DNA of 64,000 nucleotides from Candidatus Multivoradales bacterium (lineage in GTDB: Bacteria > Acidobacteriota > Thermoanaerobaculia > Multivoradales > JAHEKO01): NCBI GenBank assembly GCA_965223855.1, contig CBDCXM010000009.1, positions 2,848,001 to 2,912,000 on the forward strand. Reading direction: 5' to 3'. Below the pieces are notes generated by a model. It ran no database searches and was not told the DNA's origin. It worked only from the letters and a program-made list of their open reading frames with translations. Positions within the stretch are counted from its first letter, which is position 1. Each line of letters begins with the position of its first letter. Of this stretch, positions 20,872-31,301 are shown piece by piece. A program made the position numbers and the translations under genes.

Positions 20872-23538
20872 TCAGGGCAGCGCCAGCCCCGAGAGCTTGA
20901 ACCATCGCCCCTCACGGAACGCCGGTCCCAACTCCCCCTGGGCCGACAGCGCACTGTGGAAGGAGATTCCGGCCACCCCCTCGCTCTGCACCCAGCGGGT
21001 CAGCCCCTGATAGAAGCTCACCGGATAGGTCCAGTCGTCGGAGAAGTAGAACGACACCAGTGGAGCCGAGCCCGTGAGGGCAGTGGCGTCCTGAATTGCC
21101 TGGACCCAGTACGGGCTCGTGCTGGGGACCCAGTAGTCCCCGAGCATGACCAGCAGCAGGTGATCCGACAGCGCCGCCAGATCTGCGAGATTCTGGTGCC
21201 CGAGCTCGCCGGACGCGAGGTTGACCGGTGTACTTGTTCTCGCGTGCCGAGCGGAGAGACGGCCGACCGACTGTGGTGATCCCCGGTCTTTCCTGCCTGG
21301 CCTCGGTGAAGAGAGTCTGCGCAAGCTGGGTGATCTGAGCTTCCGGCCAATCCTGGGGTGACGTCGGGCAGCTCGAGTGGCCCACGGTGTCGTCCGACGG
21401 ATAGGACGGAAGCTGTGAAAAGTAGTGATGCGTCAGGAGGATCCCGTCGATCGGATGGGAAGCGGCCAACTCGGTCATTCGTGCGGAGATCTCGGAGCGG
21501 TACTGCGGGACGCACGGCGAGATGAAGAGATTGGGATGGGAGCTGCCTCCGTTAGTCGGTCTTGCCCATGCAACCGCTGCGTCCACTCGGGGTGCTCGGA
21601 ACCGGTCTGACGGTCTGCAAGGGTCGAGAAGGCCGCCCATACCTCCAGCCCGGAGTTGTGTGCCGCGGCGACCAGCGGCCCGAGAGCGTCGCCACGGAAG
21701 CGGGAAGCCTCCGCGGTCGGGTAGTAGAGGAAGCCCCGAGCCGACTTGACGGTCAGAATCAGCGTGTCGAACCCGGCCTCCAGCGAGCGCTCGACCACGA
21801 AGTCCGCCCCGTGCTCGAGGACGTCCGATGGGTTGAGAAAGACCGCCTTGGTCCCCATCAGCGCCGCCCCTCCCTGCTGCCGGATGGCCTGCACTCGGGG
21901 GTGGACGTCGTGCGCGAACGAGGGCGGCGGAGCGTTGTTCGTGGGCGGCTGCGTGGGGCTGTCGTAGTAGAAGGGGTTCTGCGTGAGGTCGCTGCCGAAG
22001 CCCCGGTGGTTCTCCATGTTGACCCAGCCGGAGCCGGCGAACCAGACCGCCCCCGACGGTGACGAGGGAATGCCGAGCGCGCGCAGATAGAGACTCATGG
22101 GCCAGCGGGGGAAGCCGCTGGTGAACCCGAAGTGCTGCGCCAGCTCGGCGATGTTGCCTCCCCCGAATCCCTCGAACTGGGACTGTCCGCTGGTGTAGAG
22201 GACGTCGTTCTGCCATCGATCGATCACCCAGGTGAAGATCGACTGTGCCGCGGCCTGCCGATCCGTCGCGCCACCTACGATCTCTCTCGCCTGGAGGAAC
22301 GCCTCGGGGCGATGCGCCGGCATGGCGTAGTAGGAGCGAGAGCGGTTGGCCTGCTGGAGGCTGGCGGAGGTAGAGGTCAGCACCGACGTGTACTCGGAGA
22401 GTGCATCGGGCGCCGTCCAGCCTCCCAGGCCCTGAGGGGCGATGATCGACTTGTCGAGTCTCTCCGGCCACTCGTCGAAGAACTCCAGAGCCCGCACCAG
22501 GGAAGCCGCGTAGTAGAGCGCTTCGGGGAAGCGAACGGCGTGTCCGTCCACCTGGAAGGTGTCGGGAGCGGCGCCGCTATCCGGCAGCTGCGCGGCCAGC
22601 TCGCCGAGGACCGAGGGGTACTGGTCGCTGGTCCATGGAGTGAGCTGAAACTCGGGGACGAGCGTGATCGTCGGGTAGGGCGAAGCCGGGTCCGCAGCCG
22701 AACCTGCTCGCACCGTCGCCGTCGTGCCGGCCGGTGTTCGAAGGTGCTCGATCGCTGCGAACAGAAACTGTGCCGAGCTCAGCGAGAATCCGCCGACCTC
22801 CACCTCGGACGGCAGCCGCCGATGCGTTTCCAGGAAGGCCGCCAGATCTGCCGCTGCCGCCATCAGCTCCCCGCGCTCGAGGCGGATTTCGGGTCGCCGG
22901 ATGGGAACCACCGGCGAGCTGCCGTTGGTGACCCCCAGCGCCGCCTCGCCCTCGCTGGCGCCGCCCTCGGAGGCGAGGCCGAGGAAGAAGGTGCTCTGGC
23001 CCGGACACAACGCCGGCCGGAAGCCGACGACGAGATGGGCCCCGGCTCGCAGTGCACCCCCCAGGCCGACGGTCCCGATCCCTCCGCCGGTCACGACGAA
23101 GAGATCCTCCTTCGCTCCGTCGCCGTCGAAGTCGAGAGGGACGTGCGGCCCGACGTTGCGCAGGACGAGGTTGTTGATGCAGGCGGGGGCTTCGAGCGGA
23201 TCCTGATCGAGGCCGCTCAGATCCACCCGGTACAGGTAGGCGGTGAGGCCCTGGCCCGTCGTCCCCCGCTGACCGGGCGGCCAGACTCTGCTCTGCACGA
23301 ATCCCTGTCCCGACGTCCCCATCAGCGCGAGCGGCGAGGTCGAATCGGAGACGGTGACCCGGCAGTCCACATCGAAGACGCAATTGATCGCCGGCGCCGA
23401 TACCTCGACGATGTCGAGACCCGCGAGAGGCAGGGCGGCCAGGACACCGGCGACGACCCAGAGTGCGGCCGGACGCCCCGTGCCGGGGAGGCTCTTTGTG
23501 TCTGCCGCCGGTGTGCGCAAGGGTGCGAATCCGAACAT
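20872..23538 (-). CDS. Large secreted multidomain protein (unknown domain, pseudomurein-binding-repeat-like, transglutaminase-like, GHL10-like glycosidase), interrupted by two compensating frameshifts
   Basis: ATG at 23538 after GGAG. Coding sense runs through ORF 21475..24279, then the frame of 20912..22471 from about 21565 to about 21240, then 20872..21324 (same frame as the first part). Confidence 0.65.
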
Positions 23539-23639
23539 GGTGTCTTCTCCTCTCGGGTAGGTGTTCCTGCTCGCCGCGCGAGCCCACACTCGCGCGGCAG
23601 AGGGCCTCGGACCAGGTTCAGGGCCAGGACGTTGCGTCT

Positions 23640-24212
23640 CTAGGCCGAACTCTCGAACCGCAGAATCTCGATCTCGTAGAGGCTCCAGTCGGGGCACTCG
23701 ATCCGCAGCAGGCCGAGACCGCCGTCGCCCGAGTCGAAGTCGAGGAAGAGCTCGTCGAAGCCGCCCGAGATCTGGAAGTCCTGGTGTGCCAGGCCGGTAC
23801 CGAGGGTGACCGCGCGGACGTCGAAGGTGACGGAACTCGGCGCGCCGACGGAGATGCGCGCCAGGTAGCTGCTGTCGGGCTCCAGACCATGGAGCCAGGC
23901 ATCGGCGCGACCGGTAGGCTGCCCGGCCTCCGGCACGAAGCCGATGTTCGGGCCGTCCGGAAACACGCTGCGTGGATTGAGCAGATCGAGGTAGCCCCGG
24001 TCCTCGACCCAGGGCACCTGAGCCGAGAGGACGACGTGCGTCGTCAGTTCGATGTGGTGGTTGGTCGGCACGATCCGGGCGTCGACCAGAGCCGACAGGA
24101 ATGCCGCTTTGTCCAGTCTGGTGAACGTCCGGGGTTCGATCCGTTGCGCGTTCCCCTTGCGATCGAGAACGCCGGCGATTCGGGACGGCCTGCTGCCCTT
24201 CCTGCTCATCAC
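23640..24212 (-). CDS. Hypothetical protein
   Basis: 190-aa ORF with a GGGAG RBS and globular beta-rich composition, co-oriented with neighbours. Confidence 0.6.
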   Translation of the reverse strand: MMSRKGSRPSRIAGVLDRKGNAQRIEPRTFTRLDKAAFLSALVDARIVPTNHHIELTTHVVLSAQVPWVEDRGYLDLLNPRSVFPDGPNIGFVPEAGQPTGRADAWLHGLEPDSSYLARISVGAPSSVTFDVRAVTLGTGLAHQDFQISGGFDELFLDFDSGDGGLGLLRIECPDWSLYEIEILRFESSA

Positions 24213-24345
24213 TCACTCCCTTCTGGGAGCGATCGGCTCCCGGCTGGACCACGTCTTCACGGGCGCGCGAGCGCGCCACCTCGTTACCGAGCTGCCGACG
24301 GTGTCCTCGCGGATCCTACGTCGATCCGGGAGTCGGGGGGGAGTT

Positions 24346-27300
24346 CTAGGCGGTGGCGCGCCGGTCGGGCTCACCCTCGGACCACTGCCGGCGGGACGCC
24401 TTGTAGCGCGCGATCCACGACGAGAGCGTCGTGTACGTCGTCGGAATCAGCAGCAGGGTCACCAGGGTCGAGGCCAGCAGGCCGCCGATCACCACCCGCG
24501 CCAGCGCCGCCTGGATCTCGCCGCCGACGCCGAAGCCGATCGCCAGCGGGCACAGCCCCAGCACGGTGGTGGCGGTCGTCATGAGAATCGGCCGCAAACG
24601 CAGGCGGCACGCCTCGATCACCGCATCGACCGCCCCCATCCGCTTCTCGCGCCGCAGCAGGTTGATGGCATCGACCAGCACGATCGCGTTGTTGACGACG
24701 ATGCCGATCAGCATCACCAGCCCCATGACGCTCTGGATGTTGAGGGTCGTGCCGGTGAGGAGGAGCGTCGGCACGACGCCGATGAGCGCCACCGGCACCG
24801 CGAGCATCACGATCAGCGGGTCAAGGAAGCGCTCGAACTGCGCCGCCATCACCATGTACACCAGCACCAGTGCCATGAGGATGGCGATCGCGAAGTCGCG
24901 CTGCGCCTTGAGCTGCTCTTCGTACTGGCCGCCGTAGAGCACCGTGAAGCCGCCCGGCAGCTCGAGATCAGCGAGCGCGCTCTGGACGTCGACCACCGCG
25001 TCTCCCAGCGCTACGCCGCTCTCGAGATTGGCGGTGATGTAGGTCACCCGCTGGCCGTTGACGCGGTTGATCTCGACCGGCCCGCGGCCGCGCTCACGCA
25101 GGACCAGGTTCGACAGCGCGATCGGCTCGCCGCCCGCCGAGCGCACGGTGACTCCGTCGAGATCACTCGCGGTCAGCCGGTGGTCGCGCTGGAGGCGCAC
25201 CGTGATCGGGTATTCGTAGCCGCCCTCGCGGAACCGCCCCGCCTCGAGACCGGCGACGTTGGCCAGAAGCGTGCGCCCGACTTCGCGCACCGAGAGCCCC
25301 ACTTCGGCGATCCGCTCACGGTCGAGCAGCAGTCGCTCCTCCGGACGTCCCTCACGGCGGCTCGATCGCACGTCGGTGACGCCCGGCACCGCCTGCATCC
25401 GCCGCCGCGCCTCCTCGACGATCGCATCGGCGCGTTCGAGGTCGTAGCCGCGCAGCTCGATCTCGATCGCATCGCTACCGCCGCCCGAGCTGAACACCCG
25501 GTTGAGCATCCACAGGCCCTGCTGCGCCTCGACGTCGAGCACCCCACCCGGAACCCGCCCGTCGACCTCGGAGCGCACCAGGTCGGCGAGCTCGGCGGCG
25601 CGCATCGTCCGCTCCTGCTGCGGCGCGAGCTTCAACTCGACCGCGGCGTTGTCGCCCCGGATCTCGGTGGAGAAGAGGCGCACGTCCGCGGCCGGCACGA
25701 CCGCTCGCACCCGGTCCTCGAGCTCGTCGGTGTAGGCACGCGCCACGGCGATGTTGGTGCCGCGCGCCAGCTCCAGCTGGATGTCGATCTCGTCGGCGTC
25801 GGTCTGCGGGGCGAGCTCGACGGGAATCAGCGGCCACGCCAGCAGCGAGAAGGCGAGCATCAGCCCCGTGACACCGAAGACCAGCTTGCGCCGCTGGATC
25901 GCGGTGCGCAGCCGCGCCGTGTACCAAGCCTCGACGCGGCGCTGGATCTTCCACTGTGCCGTCGCTTCGAGCTCCTTGCGGCTCGGCAGCCGCAGGAAGC
26001 GCGACGCCAGCATCGGCACCAGGGTCAGCGCGACGAACAGTGCGCACAGAAGGGCGAACACGACCACCAGGGCGAGCGCCTGGAAGAGCGCACCGGTAGT
26101 GGTGCGGACGAACACCACCGGCAGGAAGATGACGCAGGTGGTCAGCGTCGAAGCGACGATCGCTCCCGCGACGTCACGGGTGCCGAGTCGCGCCGCCTCG
26201 TGGGCCGACAGGTCCTCCTCCTCGCGCTTGCGCACGATGCTCTCGAGCACCACGATGGCGCTGTCGACGATCAGTCCGACGCCCAGCGCGAGGCCACCGA
26301 AGGTCATCTGATTGAGCGTCATGCCGCCGAAGTAGAGGAGGGCGAAGGTCGCGATCACCGAGATCGGGATCGCCATCGTGATGATGGAGGTGCTCGAGCG
26401 ATTGCGCAGGAACAGATAGAGCACCACCACCGCGAGCAGCGAGCCCCACAGCGCGGAGTTCTGGACGTTCGAGATCGACTGCTGGATGAACTCGCTCTGA
26501 TCGACGACGACCGTCAGCTCGATGTCGTCGCGCTCGGCGTTGATGCGCTCCGCTTCGCGCCGCACGGCGCGGGCCACCTCCACGGTGTTGCCGCCGCTCT
26601 GTTTCTGGATGCCGAGGCTGATCGCCGGCACGCCGTTCATCTCGACGAGATAGCGAGCGTCCTCGAAGCCGTCGCGCACCGCTCCCAGGTCGCCGACCCG
26701 GATCGGCCTTCCGCCGGGCGTCGCGACGACGGTGCGCTCGATCTCCGAGAGCGTCCGGTACTCGCCGAGACTGCGCACATACAGGTCGTCGAGACCGTTC
26801 TTGACCGTGCCGGTGGGTAGGGTGACGTTCTCGCTGCGCAGCGCCGCCTCGACGTCGAGCGCGGTCAGGCCGGCGGCCCGCAGTCGCTCGCGATCGAGCT
26901 CGACTCGGACCTCGCGGTAGACGCCGCCTCGCAGGTCGATGGCGCCGACGCCGGGGATCTGCTCGAAGCGCTGCGCCAGATCGTCCTCGAGCAGCCGGGT
27001 CGCCTCTTCGAGCTCGAGCGTCGAGGTGACGGCCAGACTCACGACCTCGATGCGGTCGAGGTCGAGCTTGAAGACCCGCGGCGTGTCGGCCTCGAGCGGC
27101 AGCTCGTCGCGGATCTGGTCGAGCGCCGAGCGCAGATCGTTGGCCGCTTCGTCGATGTCGGTACCGCGCGCGAACTCGAGGCGCACCCGCGACTCACCCT
27201 CCTCGGAGCGCGAGGTCACCCGCTCGAGGTTGGGGAGGCCGGCGACCGCGTTCTCGACCGGGTCGGTGATGATCTGCTCGATCTCCTCGGGTCCGACGTT

Positions 27301-27456
27301 GGGATAGTTCACCCGCACCGTGAGCTGGGTGAACTCGACCTGCGGCAGCAGATCGATCGGCAGGCTGCGGAACGAGACGATCCCGAGGATGAGCAGGATC
27401 AGGTACACCATCGTCGTGGCGACGGGGCGGCGGATCGAGACTTCGGTCAGCGGCAT
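24346..27456 (-). CDS. RND efflux transporter permease (AcrB/AcrD/AcrF family)
   Basis: SIRRPVAT, GLIVDSAIVVLE, GIVVNNAIVLVD, RLRPILMT. 1036 aa. Confidence 0.96.
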   Translation of the reverse strand: MPLTEVSIRRPVATTMVYLILLILGIVSFRSLPIDLLPQVEFTQLTVRVNYPNVGPEEIEQIITDPVENAVAGLPNLERVTSRSEEGESRVRLEFARGTDIDEAANDLRSALDQIRDELPLEADTPRVFKLDLDRIEVVSLAVTSTLELEEATRLLEDDLAQRFEQIPGVGAIDLRGGVYREVRVELDRERLRAAGLTALDVEAALRSENVTLPTGTVKNGLDDLYVRSLGEYRTLSEIERTVVATPGGRPIRVGDLGAVRDGFEDARYLVEMNGVPAISLGIQKQSGGNTVEVARAVRREAERINAERDDIELTVVVDQSEFIQQSISNVQNSALWGSLLAVVVLYLFLRNRSSTSIITMAIPISVIATFALLYFGGMTLNQMTFGGLALGVGLIVDSAIVVLESIVRKREEEDLSAHEAARLGTRDVAGAIVASTLTTCVIFLPVVFVRTTTGALFQALALVVVFALLCALFVALTLVPMLASRFLRLPSRKELEATAQWKIQRRVEAWYTARLRTAIQRRKLVFGVTGLMLAFSLLAWPLIPVELAPQTDADEIDIQLELARGTNIAVARAYTDELEDRVRAVVPAADVRLFSTEIRGDNAAVELKLAPQQERTMRAAELADLVRSEVDGRVPGGVLDVEAQQGLWMLNRVFSSGGGSDAIEIELRGYDLERADAIVEEARRRMQAVPGVTDVRSSRREGRPEERLLLDRERIAEVGLSVREVGRTLLANVAGLEAGRFREGGYEYPITVRLQRDHRLTASDLDGVTVRSAGGEPIALSNLVLRERGRGPVEINRVNGQRVTYITANLESGVALGDAVVDVQSALADLELPGGFTVLYGGQYEEQLKAQRDFAIAILMALVLVYMVMAAQFERFLDPLIVMLAVPVALIGVVPTLLLTGTTLNIQSVMGLVMLIGIVVNNAIVLVDAINLLRREKRMGAVDAVIEACRLRLRPILMTTATTVLGLCPLAIGFGVGGEIQAALARVVIGGLLASTLVTLLLIPTTYTTLSSWIARYKASRRQWSEGEPDRRATA

Positions 27457-27457
27457 G

Positions 27458-28816
27458 TCACTCGCCTCCGGGCGTGTCGTCGCCGGCCGCGGCCTGCATC
27501 ACCCGGTCGACCTCGTCTTCGCTCGCGGGGATCTCGGCGCCGAGCGCCGCCGCCACCTTGCGCTGCTTGTCGAGGAATCCTTCGAGCAGGTCCTCGTCCT
27601 GCAGCGACTGGAGGGCGGTGACGCGACTCCAGGCGACCGGCCGCACCCGGGCACCCGAGCCCTCCGCGGACTCGACGTCGAGCAGGTGCTGGCCGATCGT
27701 CACAACCCAGGATCCTTCCTCGATGCCGCGCACCCCGGCGGCCCCGGAGCCGTCCGCGACGACGTCGACAGGCCGGAACTCGATCCTGCGCACGGTCTCG
27801 TCGGCCTCGCCGGTGGTGCCCTCCGGGGTCTCGAGGTCGGAGGCCTCGGTGACCAGAAACACCCCCTGTGCGTCGGAGGAGTCGTCGTTCCACACGGCCG
27901 CCAGCGGCACCAGCACCGCCTCACTGCTCTCACCGACCAGGATGCGTACGTTGACGAACATCCCGGGTCGCAAACCCGTCGCTCCCTCGTCGAGCTCGAT
28001 CTCGGCGGAAGAGGTGAAACTGCGCTCGTCGAGGAAGGGCGAGATGCGCGTCAGAGCGGCGCGTACCGGCTCGGCACTGCCGCTGCGCGGCTCGATCAGC
28101 ACCGTCATCCCCTCGGCGACCGCGGCGAGCATCGACTCGGGCAGGGTCACCTCCACCAGCAGTCGATCGAGATCCCCGGCGACGAAGAGCGGCGTCGAAG
28201 GATCGACCAGCATCCCCTCTTCGACCCGCCGATCGCCGATCCGGCCGGCGACGGGGGAGCGCACCACCGTCTTGGCGAGCTCCGAGCGTCGCTCTTCCGC
28301 GGTCGCCCGTGCCTGCTCGACGCCAGCCGCTTCCTCGGCGGCGCCCGCCTCGAGCGCGCGCAGCTGCGCCTCGAGCACTTCGAGCTCCTGCTCGCTGATC
28401 AGCTCCTCGCCGGCGAGCGCGCGGCTGCGCACCACGCGCGCCTCGTGCTCCGCCACCCGGGCGCGGGCGGCAGCCTCCGCCGCTTCCGCCAGCCGGACGT
28501 TCGCCTCCGCCTGCCGCAATCGCTCCTGCGGCTCCGTCGCTTCGAGGCGCACGAGTTCCTGCCCCTGCCGGACCGTCTCGCCTCCTCGCACCAGGACCCT
28601 CTCGACACGGGCGCTGATCTGCGGCCGGATTGTCACCTGGTTGCGCGCCCGAACCACGCCCGCCACCGTCTCGGCCCGCGGCAGAGCGCCGAAACGCGCC
28701 TGCACCGCTTCGACTAGGGGCGGCGGCGGTCCGGTCGCGGCGGGCTCCGAGCCGCCACAGGCCGCGAGCAGGCCGCCGAGGGCAGCGGTCAGAAAGAGCG
28801 AGCTGGGAAGGCGCAT
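27458..28816 (-). CDS. RND efflux periplasmic adaptor (MFP), lipoprotein
   Basis: Lipobox LAAC, lipoyl/hairpin region, VRSPVAG, LRPGMFV. Confidence 0.93.
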   Translation of the reverse strand: MRLPSSLFLTAALGGLLAACGGSEPAATGPPPPLVEAVQARFGALPRAETVAGVVRARNQVTIRPQISARVERVLVRGGETVRQGQELVRLEATEPQERLRQAEANVRLAEAAEAAARARVAEHEARVVRSRALAGEELISEQELEVLEAQLRALEAGAAEEAAGVEQARATAEERRSELAKTVVRSPVAGRIGDRRVEEGMLVDPSTPLFVAGDLDRLLVEVTLPESMLAAVAEGMTVLIEPRSGSAEPVRAALTRISPFLDERSFTSSAEIELDEGATGLRPGMFVNVRILVGESSEAVLVPLAAVWNDDSSDAQGVFLVTEASDLETPEGTTGEADETVRRIEFRPVDVVADGSGAAGVRGIEEGSWVVTIGQHLLDVESAEGSGARVRPVAWSRVTALQSLQDEDLLEGFLDKQRKVAAALGAEIPASEDEVDRVMQAAAGDDTPGGE

Positions 28817-29001
28817 TGGCGGTGTTCCTCCTCCGCCGCGACCGACGGTCTCGACGGGGTCAGAGTCTAGCGAATCGCGATGACGAGACCGTGGCGCTGC
28901 GCGCGGGTCGGTCCGATCGACCGGCTATGCAAACTTCTTCGCGGAAGCTCGGCGAACGGTTGCAGGGAAGTGAGGCGATCAGGAGGGGCTAGGATTCCGC
29001 C

Positions 29002-29523
29002 ATGGAGATCCACGCCATCGAGCCCTTCCTCGCCTACGCGGCGAGCGTGCGGCGCCGCACCCTGACCGTCGCCGACTGCATCCCGGCAGAGGCGATCGAA
29101 TGGACCTATCGCGACGGCAAGTTCACCTTCGGCGACATCCTGAGACACCTCGGCGCCCTCGAGCGCTACATGTTCGCCGAGAACGCGCTGGGCCGCCCCA
29201 GCAGCTACCCCGGCCACGGCGAAGAGCTGGCGAGCGGCTACGAGGAGGTCCGCGCCTACCTCGACCGCATGCGCGCAGAGACCGTCGAGCTCCTCGCCAC
29301 GCTGATGGCTGACGACCTCCGGCGCAGGTGCCGCACCCCGGCCGGCGCCGAGATCACCGTCTGGAAGTGGCTCCGCGCGATGATCGAGCACGAGGTGCAC
29401 CACCGCGGCCAGCTCTTCCTGTACCTCGCTTTGCTGGGGGAGTCGGCACCCCCGCTCTATGGGCTGACGGAGGAGGAGGTGGCGGCTAGAAGTTCACCTC
29501 CACGAGAGCCGAGAGGCCGATGA
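29002..29523 (+). CDS. DinB family protein
   Basis: FTFGDILRHL...WKWLRAMIEHEVHHRGQL. Confidence 0.9.
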   Translation: MEIHAIEPFLAYAASVRRRTLTVADCIPAEAIEWTYRDGKFTFGDILRHLGALERYMFAENALGRPSSYPGHGEELASGYEEVRAYLDRMRAETVELLATLMADDLRRRCRTPAGAEITVWKWLRAMIEHEVHHRGQLFLYLALLGESAPPLYGLTEEEVAARSSPPREPRGR

Positions 29524-30499
29524 AGGTGATCGAGCTCTCGTAGACGGCGTCGATGTCCGCGCTCGGGCGCACGCCGGGCGGCACCGAGACCCCGGCCCAG
29601 TGCGAGGCCGCGGCACCCAGCCCGAGCGACAGGCTGCGGCTTGCCTCGACCACCCACCGCAGCCGCAGGTCGGTGATCGGGATCGACACCGTCTCGCTGC
29701 GGGAGAAGGTCCTCTGAGTGAGGAAGTTCTGGTTCTCGTCGATGAACTCGCCCTCGAAGCCGGACTGGACCATCAGCAGGTCGGCATCGCCGAAGACGAT
29801 CGACTGGGCGATCTGCCCCTCGAAGCGCTGTCTGCCGCGAGTGGTCTCGACGGTTAGGCCGACCAGCGGCCCGTGCATCCGGCCGTAGTTGGAGAAGGCG
29901 TCGAAGAAGGTGCCGCCGACACCCTGGACTCCCACCGCCGCGTGGTAGTCGCTGTCGAAGTCGGCGCTGCGCACACCGAGCAGCCAGTGGCCCTTGCGGT
30001 CGCCGCTCGCGAATGCATCCCGCAGCGCGTAGAAGTCGAGCACCCAGGCGTTCATGTCGGTGTCGGGCTGCCGCTCGTAGTAGAGAACTTCGCCCGGGCC
30101 GGTCGAGCTGAACTCCGCTCCGGGCACGCGGTAGGTCACGACGTCCCCAGCGCCGGTCGCCACGTCGGTCCGAGCCCGGTTCTGCGCCCCCGTGAACCAG
30201 AAGAAGTCGACACCCCAGCCCCAGCGGCTGGAGCTGCGGTTGCGGCGGAAGTGCGCCTGATGTCCGACCCCGGAGTCGGTCTCGAGCGACACGGCGGTGG
30301 TGCCGCCGCTACCCGTGACGTCCAGCACGTGCGGGTCGTGCCCTCCGGCATCGATGAAGGTCGGCTCGATGCGGATGCGCCACGCTCGGTCCTCGGACGA
30401 GGTCTCGTCGTCCGAAGACACCACGAGGGGCGAGGCAAAGAGAATCACGAACAGGAAGGCGGTGCGGGTACCGGAACCGGGGCGGAACGGCGGGCGCAT
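29486..30499 (-). CDS. Putative outer-membrane beta-barrel protein
   Basis: Signal peptide, alternating aromatic beta-strands, C-terminal Phe (LVEVNF). Confidence 0.65.
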   Translation of the reverse strand: MRPPFRPGSGTRTAFLFVILFASPLVVSSDDETSSEDRAWRIRIEPTFIDAGGHDPHVLDVTGSGGTTAVSLETDSGVGHQAHFRRNRSSSRWGWGVDFFWFTGAQNRARTDVATGAGDVVTYRVPGAEFSSTGPGEVLYYERQPDTDMNAWVLDFYALRDAFASGDRKGHWLLGVRSADFDSDYHAAVGVQGVGGTFFDAFSNYGRMHGPLVGLTVETTRGRQRFEGQIAQSIVFGDADLLMVQSGFEGEFIDENQNFLTQRTFSRSETVSIPITDLRLRWVVEASRSLSLGLGAAASHWAGVSVPPGVRPSADIDAVYESSITFIGLSALVEVNF

Positions 30500-30630
30500 G
30501 GAAATCTCCTTTCGAGAGTTGGATCTTTGGGAGGAGCCGTCCCGCAGATCGCGGGACGAGCGACCCTCTAAAGGAGTAGATGGCGCAGCAGGGTGAATCC
30601 TTCGCGCAAGGAATCGCTGCCGACCGCCGT

Positions 30631-31251
30631 TCAGGAGAGCAGCAGGTCGTTCCAGTCGCCGGCGCTGCCGGCGAAGAAGTCGAGATCGACGTCACCGGAG
30701 ACGCCGTCCACCCGACCCGACTGCGAGTGCTGCCAGAACGTCCACCGCTCCCACTCGCCCGGCGCCGAGGGCTCCGCATCCGTGTACTCGGCCAGCCACA
30801 GCGGATAGCGCGCGAGCCCGGTCGGCAGGTCGGCGGTGACGAATGCCTTGCCGCTGTAGAGGATCGGGGCTGCCCCGACCGCCTTCTCGACCGCGTCGAG
30901 CCACACCTGGACGTCACCTGTCAACGCCGCCGGGTCGACCCCCTCGGCGATCTCGACATCGAGCACCGGGGGAAGGTCGCCTGCCCCGGGCGTGACCACC
31001 GAAAGGAAGTGAGCCGCCTGGGCCGCGGCGTCCTCGTCCGGATGAAAGAAGTGATAGGCGCCCCGCACCACTCCCGCCGCCTTCATCTGCTGCCAGTTGG
31101 TGGCGAACTGTGTATCGACCGTGCGCAGTCCTTCAGTCGCCTTGGCGAACGCGAAGGTCACGCCGCTCGCCTTCACCTTCGGCCAATCCACCACGCCCTG
31201 GAAGTGGGAGACGTCGATACCGGAGAGGCGGGAGTCGTTGCTCGTCATCAT
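30631..31251 (-). CDS. GH25 lysozyme/muramidase
   Basis: GIDVSHFQG, AKATEG, GAYHFF, LPPVLDVE (DxE), WTFWQHS, VDLD. Confidence 0.93.
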   Translation of the reverse strand: MMTSNDSRLSGIDVSHFQGVVDWPKVKASGVTFAFAKATEGLRTVDTQFATNWQQMKAAGVVRGAYHFFHPDEDAAAQAAHFLSVVTPGAGDLPPVLDVEIAEGVDPAALTGDVQVWLDAVEKAVGAAPILYSGKAFVTADLPTGLARYPLWLAEYTDAEPSAPGEWERWTFWQHSQSGRVDGVSGDVDLDFFAGSAGDWNDLLLS

Positions 31252-31301
31252 GATTCTCCAGCGAGGTAGGAACCAGGGGAGTGGAGGTCTGAGGGTTGAG
31301 A

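Noticed and set aside
23539-24279. N-terminal extension of the 934-aa ORF
   Set aside because: It overlaps the 23640..24212 gene in another frame. An RBS and ATG exist at 23538.
24052-26820. 922-aa plus-strand ORF
   Set aside because: Antisense shadow of the RND permease.
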